The position numbers were made by a program, and so were the translations under genes. From assembly GCF_028641065.1 (NCBI RefSeq), contig NC_073398.1, positions 20,832,001 to 20,896,000 on the forward strand: a DNA stretch of 64,000 nt, in the 5' to 3' direction. The notes under the pieces were generated by a model. The model made no database searches, was not told the origin of the DNA, and saw only the letters and a program-made list of their open reading frames with translations. Shown here piece after piece: positions 13,675-25,660 of this stretch. Source of the stretch: Leucoraja erinacea (taxonomy: Eukaryota). The stretch's first letter is position 1; every line of letters starts with the position of its first letter.

Positions 13675-14409
13675 TCAGAGCGGGGCAGTTCTGTCCTCCT
13701 GGAACTCGGCTCTGGGGATTCTTGAAGCCAACAAACACGCCAACACAATTCCAACCACTTGCACCACAGCCAGCCCCAGCGCCCCGACGGCAATGTAAAA
13801 CAGGTTGTCGTTCACGAAATTGTAGATTTTCTTGAAGCAGCCTTCCTTGTAAATGCCCTGGGCACCTGGAATGACCGGATTGTTCTCGCATCCCCTCCGC
13901 ACCGTACAGCAGCTCAAAGGGACCGAACCATTCCCCATTTGCTGTTCAGACCAGGGAGAGAGAACCCAGTCCTTGTAGCTTTCCACCCCACAGCAGTCCA
14001 GGTTACGCTGAATGTCGTCGATAGCGTCGGCCTTCTCCTCGTCTTCTCCGTAGACCTGGATGGTCTCACCCAAGCCATTGCGAAAGCCCTCGGCTATATC
14101 CTTACGGTAGAACAAGGCAGAGAAGCCAGCGGACAGTCCCCCGATGAGGAGCGCCATCTGAAACACCCCGTAAGTCCTAAGAAGGCATTTGTGTTCCGTG
14201 GCAGCGCTGAAGCATCCGAGGAAGCCCCAGAGAATGACGGCGGCTCCCATGGCGAGAAGGATGTGGGGGGTGTTGGGGTAGTCATTGGTGGACAACTCCA
14301 AATAGCTGCCGAGTGAGATCTTCGCCCAGATACCAATGGTGAACACGGTTAGACCGGCCGTCCAGAAGACGAAGCTAAAAGCCATCAAGGTCAGTTTGAG
14401 CAAAGCCAT
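13675..14409 (-). CDS. Intronless tetraspanin (TSPAN6/7-like), 244 aa from MALLK; ORF stays open 130 codons further upstream to ATG 14799
   Basis: Four hydrophobic segments, GFLGC in TM2, large loop with CCG, PLSCC and EGC motifs (6 Cys), NGS sequon; ATG in strong Kozak context (GGCACAATGG); no introns in the coding part. Exact orthology not determined. Confidence 0.9.
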   Translation of the reverse strand: MALLKLTLMAFSFVFWTAGLTVFTIGIWAKISLGSYLELSTNDYPNTPHILLAMGAAVILWGFLGCFSAATEHKCLLRTYGVFQMALLIGGLSAGFSALFYRKDIAEGFRNGLGETIQVYGEDEEKADAIDDIQRNLDCCGVESYKDWVLSPWSEQQMGNGSVPLSCCTVRRGCENNPVIPGAQGIYKEGCFKKIYNFVNDNLFYIAVGALGLAVVQVVGIVLACLLASRIPRAEFQEDRTAPL

Positions 14410-15146
14410 TGTGCCTTTACTGGTCCTCGCTGGCTGCCATGTACAAGAATGTAAGCCCAACACTTTGTGGCTGCAATTAGCGTGAGAAGACTCCGAGGCA
14501 AGAGATTCCTCCCGTGGTCGACCCGATTGCTCTTGACAAGCGTGGCCCTGGGAAACATCACATTGCACCGCCTCGCAGACGATAATGGCATCGCTGTAAG
14601 CAGGGAGCTCGCATTTCCTCAGTCCAGCTATGGAGCTCCTATCGACCTGCTGCCCGGGATAAGCTTGGGCTGTCCCACTGGGTATTCGCTGAGAGGGCGT
14701 CCTCTTCCCCTGTCTGTCGCTCACCACTTCCAGCGAGTCCTGCCTTCCAGACAATAGGTTCATCTTTGGAAGATCCTCAAATGGTAATTCGTTTGTCATG
14801 GTTTTATGTTTTATAGGCTGCTGTTAATATTGTAAACTCTTAACATGAAGGATGACCGATAGGAAATGGCGCGGAAAATAGCACAATTTAAGGCGCTGGT
14901 TGTTCAGGTCAATCAGAAGCCACTTGACATTTATAAATACAGACGAGATGAACAGGGATTTCACGAACACCACACGCATACAAAATCAATTTGCTAATTA
15001 AACCGACTTCAATTTGGAAATTAACCTTCTCCGGGACTACAATTCATGATGAATCTGTATTTATCCTATATTTTTCCTTTCTTGCAGTAGAGGGTAAACC
15101 GGAAATATTCATTTCAAAAACAAACCATATTGCACCTTATCAATCG

Positions 15147-15277
15147 ATCTGAAGAAGGGTCCCGACCCGAAATGTCACCTATCCATGTTCTCCAGAAATG
15201 TTGGCTGGCCAGCTGAGTTATTCCAGCATTTTGGGTCTTTTTTTGTGAACCAGCATCTGCAGTTCATTGCTTCTGCA
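15147..15277 (+). mobile_element. Hammerhead-motif short element upstream of the tetraspanin
   Basis: CTGAAGAAGGGTCCCGACCCGAAATGTC followed by the family 3' body. Confidence 0.75.
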
Positions 15278-16029
15278 CATTAACGTACAGGTAGTTCTGC
15301 ATAGTTGTTATGTTACATTTAGCCTGCTGCGGGAAAAGCAAACGGCAAGATTTCACAGCATCGCCCCCTTCCATATTAAAAATTACAGCCCGCCATATAA
15401 ATCAAAGAACACTTCAAGTTGAAAAGTGGACGCTAAACACTTCTATTTTGGGTCCAGCTATCGGTGGTTATCCACCAGTTACAGTGAAACGAATGACGAC
15501 TCGCTGTAAGCGGCAGCAGTCCTTGTATCTTTATTGACTGCGGGCCACAGAGGATTGCACATTACTTTGATTAATACATTCCCCGAGAGTTCCGCATTGT
15601 GAGTTTTCTGAATAGATGCGGCGGCTGCAGAAGCAAGATAAACATAGCAGTCGTGTGAATTTAAAGCAAGGATCTTCAAACGTAACCCTCCTCCTCCGCC
15701 CTACCATTACGTGTGAACTATTCTGTGTGCTTTGTCCTAATGCGGTTTATCTGTATCTAAACATTAAAATATTCTTGCGACTTACTTATCCACTGGTCAT
15801 ATCAAATAGCACATACGCTGTCCCATGTGAATGGTGATAATAACATATTGATGGTTTCTATTTCCAGTATCCGACCTGTGACCGCAACTTACGTTTTATT
15901 TTAAATTCCCTTTCCTGGCCAAATAATATCCATGTCCCATCTTAAATACGTGCATCCCTTTTTCTGTTGCCTTGTCGAGAAAAGGACACAACGTGCTGAT
16001 GTTCTCTAAAGAACATGGAAAGGTGACGC

Positions 16030-16255
16030 TTCGGGTTTTCAGACAGAAGGGTCCTGACCACAATGGTAATCTCGCCATGTTCACCAGAGATGCTGCCTGA
16101 GCCGCTGTGTTACTCCACCACTCTTTGCCCTTTTGTGTAAACTAGCACCTGCAGTTTCTTGTTTCCACATGTTAATGTGTAGAGATGTGTAGGAAGGAAC
16201 TGCAGATGCTGGTTTAAAACAAAGATAGACACAAAATGCTGGAGTAACTCAACTG
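16030..16255. mobile_element. Two degenerate family arms, tail to tail
   Basis: agagatgctgcctgagccgctg...gcagtttc followed by gtaggaaggaactgcagatgctgg. Confidence 0.6.
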
Positions 16256-17199
16256 GTCTCCATCTTTGAATACCCCGTGTTACTCAATCGCCAGTAATTA
16301 TCTCACTTCCCATTCATGTTTTGTTTTCTGGTGTGCCCTTTACTGGTTTCCAACTTCCATTCATCTGCCCCCTCCCTCTGTAACATACCTCTAAGTTGTT
16401 ATATTAAGTTCTACACAAACGCAGAAAGCATTCACTTCTACATCACTTCTCGATCTGTCATTTTGTCCGTTTGAGATACAGACCTCAAAGGTGGAACAGG
16501 CGGAGGATGATGACTGGCTTTAGTGGAGCGTCACAACGGCTGGGAAGGCGGATGAAGGCTGCAGCAGAAAAGGGTCCCAAGTCGTCTTGGATTCCATGCC
16601 AATGGATCCTGACCCAGATCTGTCAAGGACCGTGTGGTGGCTGTCTGTGCACCAGTCTCCCCACGTTAAACAAAGTCACGCAAAGGCATCTTCCATGAGT
16701 GGACAGTCATACTCGTTTCCAGTGACCTCCGATGATACAGAGCTAGAAGAGGAAAAATGTACTCCTGAACTGAGGCTGATCCAGGTGGTTCTCATCCACC
16801 CAATGAAATCGGATCGGAAATGAAGTTACCTAAAATCGGATAATTTAATGCTCCCCCCTCCCCCCTTTCCTTTGCTCCATTTGGATTTGCACCCATTTCT
16901 CATCCTCCTCCCTCTGTCACCTTCCATGTATATTCCTTCCTCTGGCTTCACAAATTTCACCTCTTCTGTCTTTATCTCCCTATCTCAATTTGTTTGTCTT
17001 TTTATCTCTGTTCAACCATCTGGCGATCAATAATCCAACTCAACTGTATCCACATAATACTCACCAAACTTTGTTTGCCTCCACCTCTCTTCCAGCTTCT
17101 CCCGGCTCCCCCCTCCCCCCCCCGCCCCCCGCATTATCTATCCTTGTTCTCCAGCGATACTTCCCGACAAGCTGAGTTTCTCCAGTACTTAACGTTATA

Positions 17200-17725
17200 G
17201 GATTAGAATTAGGCCATTTGGCCTATGGAGTCTACGCCATTCAATCTTGGCTGATCTCTGCCACTTAATCCCATTTTCCTGCCTTCTCCCCATAACCCTT
17301 GACACCTGTTATAATCAAGAACTTGACTATCTCTGCCTTAAAAAATATCCTGTCACTTGGCCTCCACAGATTAACTACCCTCTGACTAAAGATGTTCATC
17401 CTCACCTTTTTAAAAGTGCGCCCTTTAATTCTGAGGCTATGGTCCTAGATTCTCCCACCAGTGGAAACATCCTTTCCACATCCACTCAATCTATGCCTTT
17501 CATACTCTGTAAGTTTCAATTTGGTCCCCCTTCAACCTTCTAATCTCCAGCGAGTAGAGGCCCAGTGCTATCAAATGCTCATCATATGCTAACCCACTAA
17601 ATCCTGGAATCATTCTTGTAAACCTCCTTTGGACCATCTCCAGAGCCAGCATAGCCTTCCTCAGATATTGGGCCCAAAATTGCTCACGGTACTCCAAATG
17701 CCGCCTGACCAGTGCCTTATAGCGC
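17200..17725 (-). mobile_element. CR1 LINE 3' fragment
   Basis: YKALVRRHLEY...LEMVQRRFTRMIPG...LGLYSLE. Confidence 0.85.
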
Positions 17726-18000
17726 CACAGCCCAATTTGTGTCTTTGACTGAAAGCTGCAATGCCATTCAGGTGGGACAATACCCACGAGAGGCGAGTAT
17801 TTCCCAAACTAGCTTAATACTTCAATACAGATTTTCATAATAATAATGAAATTGGCATGAGCCCAAGAACATTGATTTTTTTGTAGATTCCATTGGCAAA
17901 GAATGCAGCAATGCAACTAATGGAGGCATGGGGTATCGCCAGTTGCAAGTTCTATATTTCCACACGTTTCTGCATATTTGGACCCGCCAGATGTTACTGT

Positions 18001-18228
18001 GTAGGAAGGAACTGCAGATGCTAGTTTAAACCGAAGATAGACACAAAAAGCTGGAGTAACTCAGCGGGCCAGACAGCATCTCTGGAGGAAAGTAATAGGT
18101 GATGTTTCAGGTCGAGACCCTTCTTCTGAAGGGTCGGAAGAAGGGTCTCGACGTGAAACATTACCTATCCATTTTCTACAGAGATGGTGTTTGAGTCGCT
18201 GAGTTACTCCAGCTTTTTGTGTCTATCT
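18001..18228. mobile_element. Two-armed inverted short element with 15-bp flanking direct repeat
   Basis: gccagatgttactgt at 17986-18000 and 18229-18243. Confidence 0.85.
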
Positions 18229-19524
18229 GCCAGATGTTACTGTCAGCTTTACCCATGAATAAACATGAAGAGCAAAAGTCTTGCTATTGTTTATCACAGG
18301 ATATAGGCCCATAAATGGTGCAATGCTAAATAGCTAAATAGTATAATGCTTCGGATATGATAAAACAGTAACAAAATTTAGTAATGCTATTGAGGTCTCT
18401 TGATATTACTACATTTTGTTACTTTTATTTTGTCAGAAGCATATTAAAAAGAATCCACATTATTACTTCAGTCAGAAAAGTAGGCCTCAACAAAATATTT
18501 GGAAGCTAATGAAAAATAAATATCAATAGCAAGTGTTGGTTATTTTATGATAAGAACATTATATGCAATCGTGTAGTCACCATTTCATACTGATAGTTGG
18601 TAATCCTTCGTTGAGCACCACCCTTACACATAATGAGCTGGCTTTTGTCCTCCATACCTATTATGAAATTGTTCTATTGTTTGTAAAAGAGTTACTGCCT
18701 GTGGCATACTTAGAATCATAGAATGATACATCATGTAAGGACACAGTTCAACCAAACATGTCTGTGCATGCACTTAATTAACCAAACTGTCCCACTCTGT
18801 AATCAGTCCCCACAGCCATGGAGAAAGGGAGCCATTCTCCCCCTTCATTATTGGTCAGATTTCATTTTGAAATCTACTGTCGAGTCTGTCCGTAACACAT
18901 ATCTTTTTGTTGCCTCCAGCTATTCTGCCTAACATCTTAAACATTCTTAGATTATTACAACGTACCAAACGGAACAGTAAACTTAAAATCTACCTCTATG
19001 ATAAAACTTCCCTCCCATCAGTTCCCAACATCTATCCTGGAGACAATGTTATACTATTAATCTCAAAAAATCTTTTCACTGCTGCTTCATAATTTCTATC
19101 TCTTCAGCAATTATGCAGCCACATTGTCAAAGTAACTTTAGTTATATTTGCAAGTATATGCTGTGGTTCTGTCATTCTTGTGAATGTTAAGATGAACGAC
19201 ATGCCTCATATCAACCTTCTTAATCATATCAGTTGTAACCACATTAGTCAAACACAATTAGCCTTTGCTAGTCCATGCTAACTTTAATTAAACAGCCCTT
19301 ATTTTCAGGTTGTCTATTAATTTTATTTTAGATTTTAGTCTCTTCGTTCCCTGATGGCTGATCATAATATCAGAATTATACTCTATTTTTGTATTCCATT
19401 AATTGAAACCATCAGAAGCACAGGAATCTGGCAGGACAATTGAAGGGGGAAGTAAACAAATCCATAGCAAATTTGATAGGCAAAGGGGGGAATTAGATGA
19501 CAATGAATGATAAGAATCATCACC

Positions 19525-19650
19525 AGTTTGAAGGTGTCTTGACCCGAAACGTCACCCATTCTTTCTCTCCAGAGATGTTGCCTGTCCTACTGAGTTACTC
19601 CAGCTTTTTTGAGTCTATCTTCGCTTTAAACCAGCATCTGCAGTAGAGTA
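19525..19650 (+). mobile_element. Single-arm family copy, degenerate core
   Basis: gacccgaaacgtcacccatt...aaaccagcatctgcag; near-repeat ataagaat(c/g)at on both sides. Confidence 0.7.
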
Positions 19651-19985
19651 CACATAAGAATGATTAAGACAGGAACTCAAAAGGAGGATGAGGAAGCCAG
19701 GGGAAACTTTTTATGCAATGTTTTCGTGGGAGTCAAATGGGAATTTCAAACATCGTAGATATCCTTTGAGTATAATGTATTTAGCATTAACTAGGACTTA
19801 TTATTTTTAAAGTTAAAATAATTGTAAGATGCATATTGGCTCAGCTGTCCACCAGCATTTTTGAAACTTGAAATTTTGGTTTTACCTCTTTAGACTTTTG
19901 TTTACCAGCAAATGTTGACCACATAAAGTCACAAAAAGCTGGAGTTCAGCAGGTCAGGCAGCATCTCTGGAGATAAGGAATACGT

Positions 19986-20209
19986 TTTGACGTATCAAAG
20001 GCAATAGTCGGTAGGTTCGAATCAAATTTATTCAGAATCAGATTAACTGATTAAACACTGTCATTGAAACGCAACCAACCACAACGGTGGTCTCACGAAT
20101 GTCTGGCAGCGCCCAGAAACCGCGCGAAAACACGACCCCTCCCAGTCATGTGCGCGCGGCTTCCGACCACAGGGTTCGATACTAACGAGCACCAGCAGGT
20201 GCCGCTACA
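19986..20209 (-). repeat. Gypsy 3' LTR, preceded on the minus strand by a polypurine tract (C-run 20212-20230 on plus)
   Basis: Starts TGTAGCGGCACCTGCTGG on minus, shared with 23950-24047; AATAAA on minus at 20027-20032. Confidence 0.8.
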
Positions 20210-23200
20210 TGCCCCCCCCCCCCCCCCCCCAGAAACCGAGATACGGAAACGAACCGGCAGGCGAACGGTACAGCCTGAACGCATGGTCCTCAAACACGGG
20301 ATGGGCGTAACAGGGGCCGGCAGAACTGAGCCAGGGAGACGCAAAAACCGCGAATGAGGGGTGGGCGTAACAAGAGCCGGGAACAGTAGGGCCAGGGAAC
20401 ACCGAACGGCCGGCAGAAGACTTCTACGCCGCGGTGTAGTCACTACCATTGGGCTGTCTTCGTCCACGTGAGCGGGCTTGAGGCGGCCGATGGAGACGAA
20501 CTCCTCCCGGCCGCCCACGTCCAACTTGAACGTGGCGACTCCGGTTCGCAGCACCCGATACGGCCCCTCTTAAACCAGCTGCAATGGCGAGCAGTGAACG
20601 TTCCTGCAAAGGAAAACATAAGCACAATTCTGCAATGACACTGGCACATGCACCGAGGCCAACCGGTGCCTGGAAGTGGGGAGAGGAGCCAACACGCGCA
20701 CCCCTTCACGAAGCTCGGCTAGCACCACCGAAGCTGAAACCTCCTGACCGCGGGCGGCAAGCAGGAAATCCCCAGGTACCTGTAAGGTCGAGCCGTAGAT
20801 GAGCTCGGCCGAGGAGGCGTGTAGGTCCTCCTTAGGCGTCGTTCTGATGTCATGAAGGACCCAGGGCAACTGGTCCACCCAATCAGGGCACGCGAGCCTG
20901 GCCTTCAACGCCGACTTAAGGTGTCGATGGAATCTCTCGACCAACCCGTTCGCCTCCGGGTGATAGGCGGTCGTTTGGTGCAGGCGGGCACAGTACAGCA
21001 GCGCTAGGCCGGACCACAGAGACGAGGTGAACTGGGCGAGGTGAACATGTTGAGGTCGGAGGGTACCCCAAAATGGGCGATCCAGTTGGACGCCATAGCT
21101 CGGGCGCACGCCTCCGCTGAGGTATCCGATAAAAGGATAGCCTCTGGCCACTGAGTGAACCTGTCCACTACGGTAAGCAAGTGTGTAGCAGCCCGCGAAT
21201 ACGGCATGGAACAGGCAAGGTACATCAGGCACAGCAAAATCCTGCATGGGCAGCCACACATGTCGCTGAACCTTAGCGGTCTGGCACGGAATGAGGGCAC
21301 GGGCCCAAGCGACCACCTGCTTGCGCCGCCCGTGCCAGACGAACTTGGCCGCCACCAAGGCGGACGTCGCGCTAATGGACGGGTGGGCCAAACCGTGGAC
21401 CGCGTCAAAAACCCGCCGCCTCCATCTGACTGGAATAACCGGGCGGGCTTGACCTGTGGTGACATCACTGAGGACGTTAACACCAGCCGCGCCGCAAGGC
21501 ACTTCGGCCAGCGTAAGGCCCAACTCGACCGTGAGATAATGGGCCGCTGCCAGCTCAGCATAGTCGACTCCCAAGTCCAGAACCGAGACCGACGGGATGG
21601 CCGGAAGGGACAACGCGTCGTAGGCGAGGTGCCGCTGCTGCCTGGCGGACCACAGGTCGGCGATTTTACTCAACGCGAAAGTGAGCGGTTTGTGGTCTGT
21701 GAAAGCAGTGAAAGCGCGGCCCTCTAGGAAGTAACGGAAGTGTCTGATCGCTAGGTAGAGCGCGAGGAGTTCCCGGTCGAATGCGCTGTACATGCATTCC
21801 GGAGCCCGAAGTTGCCGGCTGAAAAACGCCAGCGATCACCAACCTGCTGCTCCAGAACTGCACCTACAATGACATACAAACCGTCAGTCGTGAGGGCAGT
21901 GGGAGGGGACACCCTCGGGTGCACCAGCATGGTGGCATTTGCAGCGCAGCCTTAGCACCTTCAAACGTCGTGTTGGCCTCGTCTGACCACATCAGGTCCC
22001 ACGGCTTACCCACCAGGCACTGGAATAGGGGGCACATGACAGTGGCGGCCGACGGCACGAACCGGTGGTAAAAATTGACCATCCCGATGAACTCCTGCAG
22101 ACCCTTGAATGAGCGGCCGAGGGAACTGGCGAATGACGTCAAACTTCGCTGGCAGTGTCTCGGCGCTTTGTGGGGTAGCCGGATGCCCTAAGAAGGAGAT
22201 GGAGCACAGGCCGAACTGACATTTCGCAAAGTTAATCACCAGGCCTTGGTCGCGCAAGCGCTCAAAGAAAAGGCGAAGGTGGCTAACGTGTTCTGCCTGC
22301 AAACTGCTGGCCACCAGGGTGTCGTCTAAATAAATGAAGACAAAAGGCACACCCTGTCCTACCTGATCCATGAGCTGCTGGAACGCCTGAGCGGCGTTCT
22401 TTAGGCCGAATGGCATCCGGAGCCATTTGAACAGGCCGAACGGGGTGATGGTGGCCGTCTTGGGGACATCGTCGGGGTGGACAGCGATCTGGTTATAACC
22501 CCGGACCAGGTCCACTTTCGAATAGAATATGGGCACCGGGTAACGGTCCGCTGTGGTTACCGCGTTAAGCTGCCTGTAATCACCGCACGGCCTCCAACCC
22601 CCAGGTGCCTTTGGGACCGTATGGAGCGGGGAAGCCCACGGGCTTTCGGACCACCTAAATATGCCTGTCTTCCATCAACTGGAACTCTTCGCGGGCAATG
22701 CGTAGCTTGTCCGGTGGCAGATGACGCGCGTGGGCGTGCACTGGTGGGCCTTCAGTAGAAATGTGGTGCACTACGCCGTGACGGGGCGCGGCACCGTTGA
22801 AACAGGGTGTGAGGAGCTCGGGGAACTCCGAGAGCAGAGCGGCGAAAGGGCCTTCAACCTATGTGATGGCGTCGGGTTGTTTGGGCGGGGGCGAGCTGCG
22901 CGGTTCGGCGAGGTGGAAGTCTGATAACGGGACCATACTACGAGAAGGCGCACAGGAAATCAGCAACCAAGATCGGCAGGGCGACGTTAGCAACGATAAA
23001 CTTCCACCTATACGGGCGAGAGTCGAAGGTAAGGTTAAGGGTCCGCGTACCGTACGTTCGGATGCACTCCCGTTAACGGCCGAGATGATGGGGCCTATCT
23101 TACCAGCGCGGGTATCATGGCTGGCTAGGGAAAGGATGCTGACGATAGCCCCGGAGTGCACAAGAAAACAGTGGCCAGAGCGGTGGTCACTGACGTAGAG

Positions 23201-23935
23201 ACTTCGATCGGGCCGATCACAGTCGCCTTTACAGGCAATCAGCCGAGGCATTTCCCTGAAACGTACAAGGATTTCGGAGATGGTAGTAACACCAGCAGCG
23301 TCTACCAAAAGACTCCAGGTATCCTCAGAGGGGGCTGGTGGTGGGCCTTCCTCGCACAGCTGCCGAGTAGTCGAGCTGGTGCAGCCAGACAGCTGATCGC
23401 GCAGACCTCCTGGTGCCTCGTGGTCCACAGTTCGTCGGCCCTCTCTGTGAGCTGTTGGGATCGTTTAAATCAGCTCCAGCGAGCATCAGATGGACGTCAT
23501 CGGGCACCTGCTCGAAAAGGAGATGGAGCGCAGGCCGAACTGGATCTTCACAGGGTTAATCACCAGGCCTTGGTGATGATCATCCATCAGGGCCAGCATC
23601 CGGGCCATCCAGGGTCTTCGATCACCCATACCGTCCATGTGCAGGACTCGTGTTGCGCGGTCTCGACGATTGAGTCTGAAGGTGTGCTTGAGGCCTTGTC
23701 CTTGAGGCCTTCGTACTTGGCCGTCGCAGGTGGGTCCCTCGGGTAAGGCAGCAAACTGGAGGCCAATTCTTGTGGTAGGGTCCTCACCACGTGGAATTGC
23801 GCCTCGACGTGTACAAACTAAACCTGTGGCTGATCAGGCCAAAACGGAGGAAGCGGAAGGCTCACCGAGTCCTGTTGGGTGCCGGTGGGAAAATAATTAC
23901 CCTGCATGTTCCAACGTCTAACAACGGTTAGACTT

Positions 23936-24047
23936 GTCGGAGACACCAATTTGGCGGAAACCGCGCGAAAACACGATCCGTCCCAGAGTCACGTGCGCAC
24001 GGCATCCGACCGCAGGGTTCAATAGAGCACCAGCAGGTGCCGCTACA
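23936..24047 (-). repeat. Gypsy 5' LTR (about 23950-24047, internally deleted) and primer binding site (23936-23948)
   Basis: Same TGTAGCGGCACC start as the 3' LTR; PBS TGGTGTCTCCGAC resembles the tRNA-Trp type TGGTGACCCCGAC (11 of 13). Confidence 0.75.
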
Positions 24048-24203
24048 AGGTGACGTTTCGGGTCGAGACCCTTCTTCAGACTAGATAGCAGTCAGAAGAA
24101 GTGTCTCTATCCGAAATGCCACCTATTCCTTATCTCCAGAAATGCTGCCTGACCCGTTGAGCTACTCTAGCTTTTTGTGTCTATCTGCAGTTCCTTCCTA
24201 CAG
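24048..24203. mobile_element. Right part of a two-armed element split by the Gypsy insertion (left part 19924-19985); intact core on minus at 24049-24082
   Basis: Flanking repeat tgttgaccaca at 19913-19923 and 24204-24214; the two halves join into the family consensus. Confidence 0.85.
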
Positions 24204-24669
24204 TGTTGACCACACATTCCGTTACACGTCACGGGTTCACGAACAAGGTGATGATTCACAAACTGCTATTCAGCCTCTTCTGCTGGATTGATGGGTAGAT
24301 ATGCACTTTATTTTGTAGTTTACGGTACATTCCAGGAGTCAAACAAATATAAGCAGTACAATGCTGGAAATATTCGGCAGTTACAGCCACCGTACATCGG
24401 GATGCTAATGCAAGACACCATCCTGACGTCCCAGATTGGTGTTAAAAATCCGATGGCGCTACTTCAGAAAACATGGGTGGAATTTCTATCCACACTAGAC
24501 TGAAAACTTATGATCAGAACAATAGAACAAGACATCACAAGAACAAGCACTACTGTTTCTGCCGAACAATGTTTTACAACATTGAAATAATCAGAAGAGC
24601 TAATAATCAGAAGAAAAATAATCAGACGGTAGTTTCCTTGATCATCGTTACATTTTTCATTCATTTGAT

Positions 24670-25188
24670 CTATATCTCTTATCACCGTCTATATCTCTCG
24701 TTTCCCTTTCCCATGACTCTCAGTCTGAAGAAAGGTTTTGACCCTTTGACCTTTTCTCCGGAGATGCTGCCGGTCCGCTGAGTTAGTCCAGCTTTTTGTG
24801 TCTACCTTCGGTTTAAACCAGCATCTGCAGTACCTTCCTACACATACCCCAAAAGCCATCTTAGTGCAGTAAGCAAATAATTATTAATAATGCACAACCA
24901 GTCCATTGGTTTCCAAATTGCAAGCCGTTGGAAATAAGCATTGATGTAAAAGATACACAAAACACATTGGTGTGAAAGGCTTGGCTTTGCAGCAGCAAGA
25001 CAGACACAAAATGCTGGAGTAACTCAGCGGGTCAGGCAGCATCTCCGGAAAGAAGGAATTGGTGACGTTTCGGGTCGAGACCCTTCTTCAGACTTCTCCA
25101 CAGAGATGCTGCCAGTCCCGCTGAGTTACTCCAGCATGTTGTGTTTATCTTCGGTGTAAAGCAGCATCTGCACTTGCTTCTTACACAC
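24670..25188. mobile_element. Two family copies just upstream of the TRABD CpG island (24670-24845 plus; 24998-25188 two-armed, intact core on minus at 25061-25094)
   Basis: Family motifs; near-repeat tttgcag(c/t)agca flanks the second copy. Confidence 0.8.
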
Positions 25189-25209
25189 TTTTGCAGTAGC
25201 AGCAGCAGC

Positions 25210-25660
25210 AGCAACTTTGTGCCGGGAGTGGGGGGGACGGGTCAGCCCCCGGAGTGACGTCATACAGGAGCGGGGTCCCGATCCTGTTGCTGCCGCTGCT
25301 GCCATGCGTGGGGCCTCGCCGCCTGCGCTCCCCGCTTCGCCGCCGCTACCGCGCCCTCCCTCCCCGTCAGGGAATCCAGCGAGGATCATCGTCAGAGGTG
25401 GGTCCCCGCCAGCGTTTCCGCGCGGCTCGTCACCGCCGTCGCTGGCGATGAGTAAGCGCGTGGCCGCGGAGCCTGAGGCCTGGCGTCCGCCCGCCCGCCT
25501 GGGGGAGGAGTGGGCCCGTCTGCGCATGACCGGGCGCCGCGGGGGCCGCTGGGTGTTGTAGTTCCGCCCGCTCACCATCGGCCGCTAGTCGCGGGTGAAA
25601 CGCCCATGCGCGTGACTCCATCTCCCAGCGTGCTCCGCGTTACGGAGCCGTGGAGCTTCT
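25210..25660 (+). promoter_or_regulatory. TRABD: CpG island: promoter and non-coding first exon of TRABD, with a full CRE palindrome TGACGTCA at 25255-25262
   Basis: Abrupt GC/CpG-rich block upstream of the first coding exon; candidate donors GAG|gtgggt (GT at 25398) and TGA|gtaagc (GT at 25452). Confidence 0.75.

Larger units (their letters stand above)
19986..24047 (-). mobile_element. Decayed Ty3/Gypsy LTR retrotransposon (gag-PR-RT-RH-INT, many frameshifts)
   Basis: RT motifs (SKVDL.RGY.QI, RMPFGLKNA, YLDD), RNase H (YSAFDRELLA, FTDHKPL), integrase (HHCC-type finger, TTAYHPEANGLVERFHR), protease remnant FLVHSGA; Gypsy domain order; LTRs, PBS and PPT present. Confidence 0.95.

Noticed and set aside
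13759-14316. 185-aa plus-strand ORF
   Set aside because: Antisense shadow of the tetraspanin CDS.
20570-23790. Gypsy ORFs as a domesticated gene or active element
   Set aside because: Multiple frameshifts and deletions, mutated protease motif (HSG) and a truncated 5' LTR.
25194-25213. Short (CAG)n run
   Set aside because: Only about five units, non-coding, and partly the flank of an insertion.
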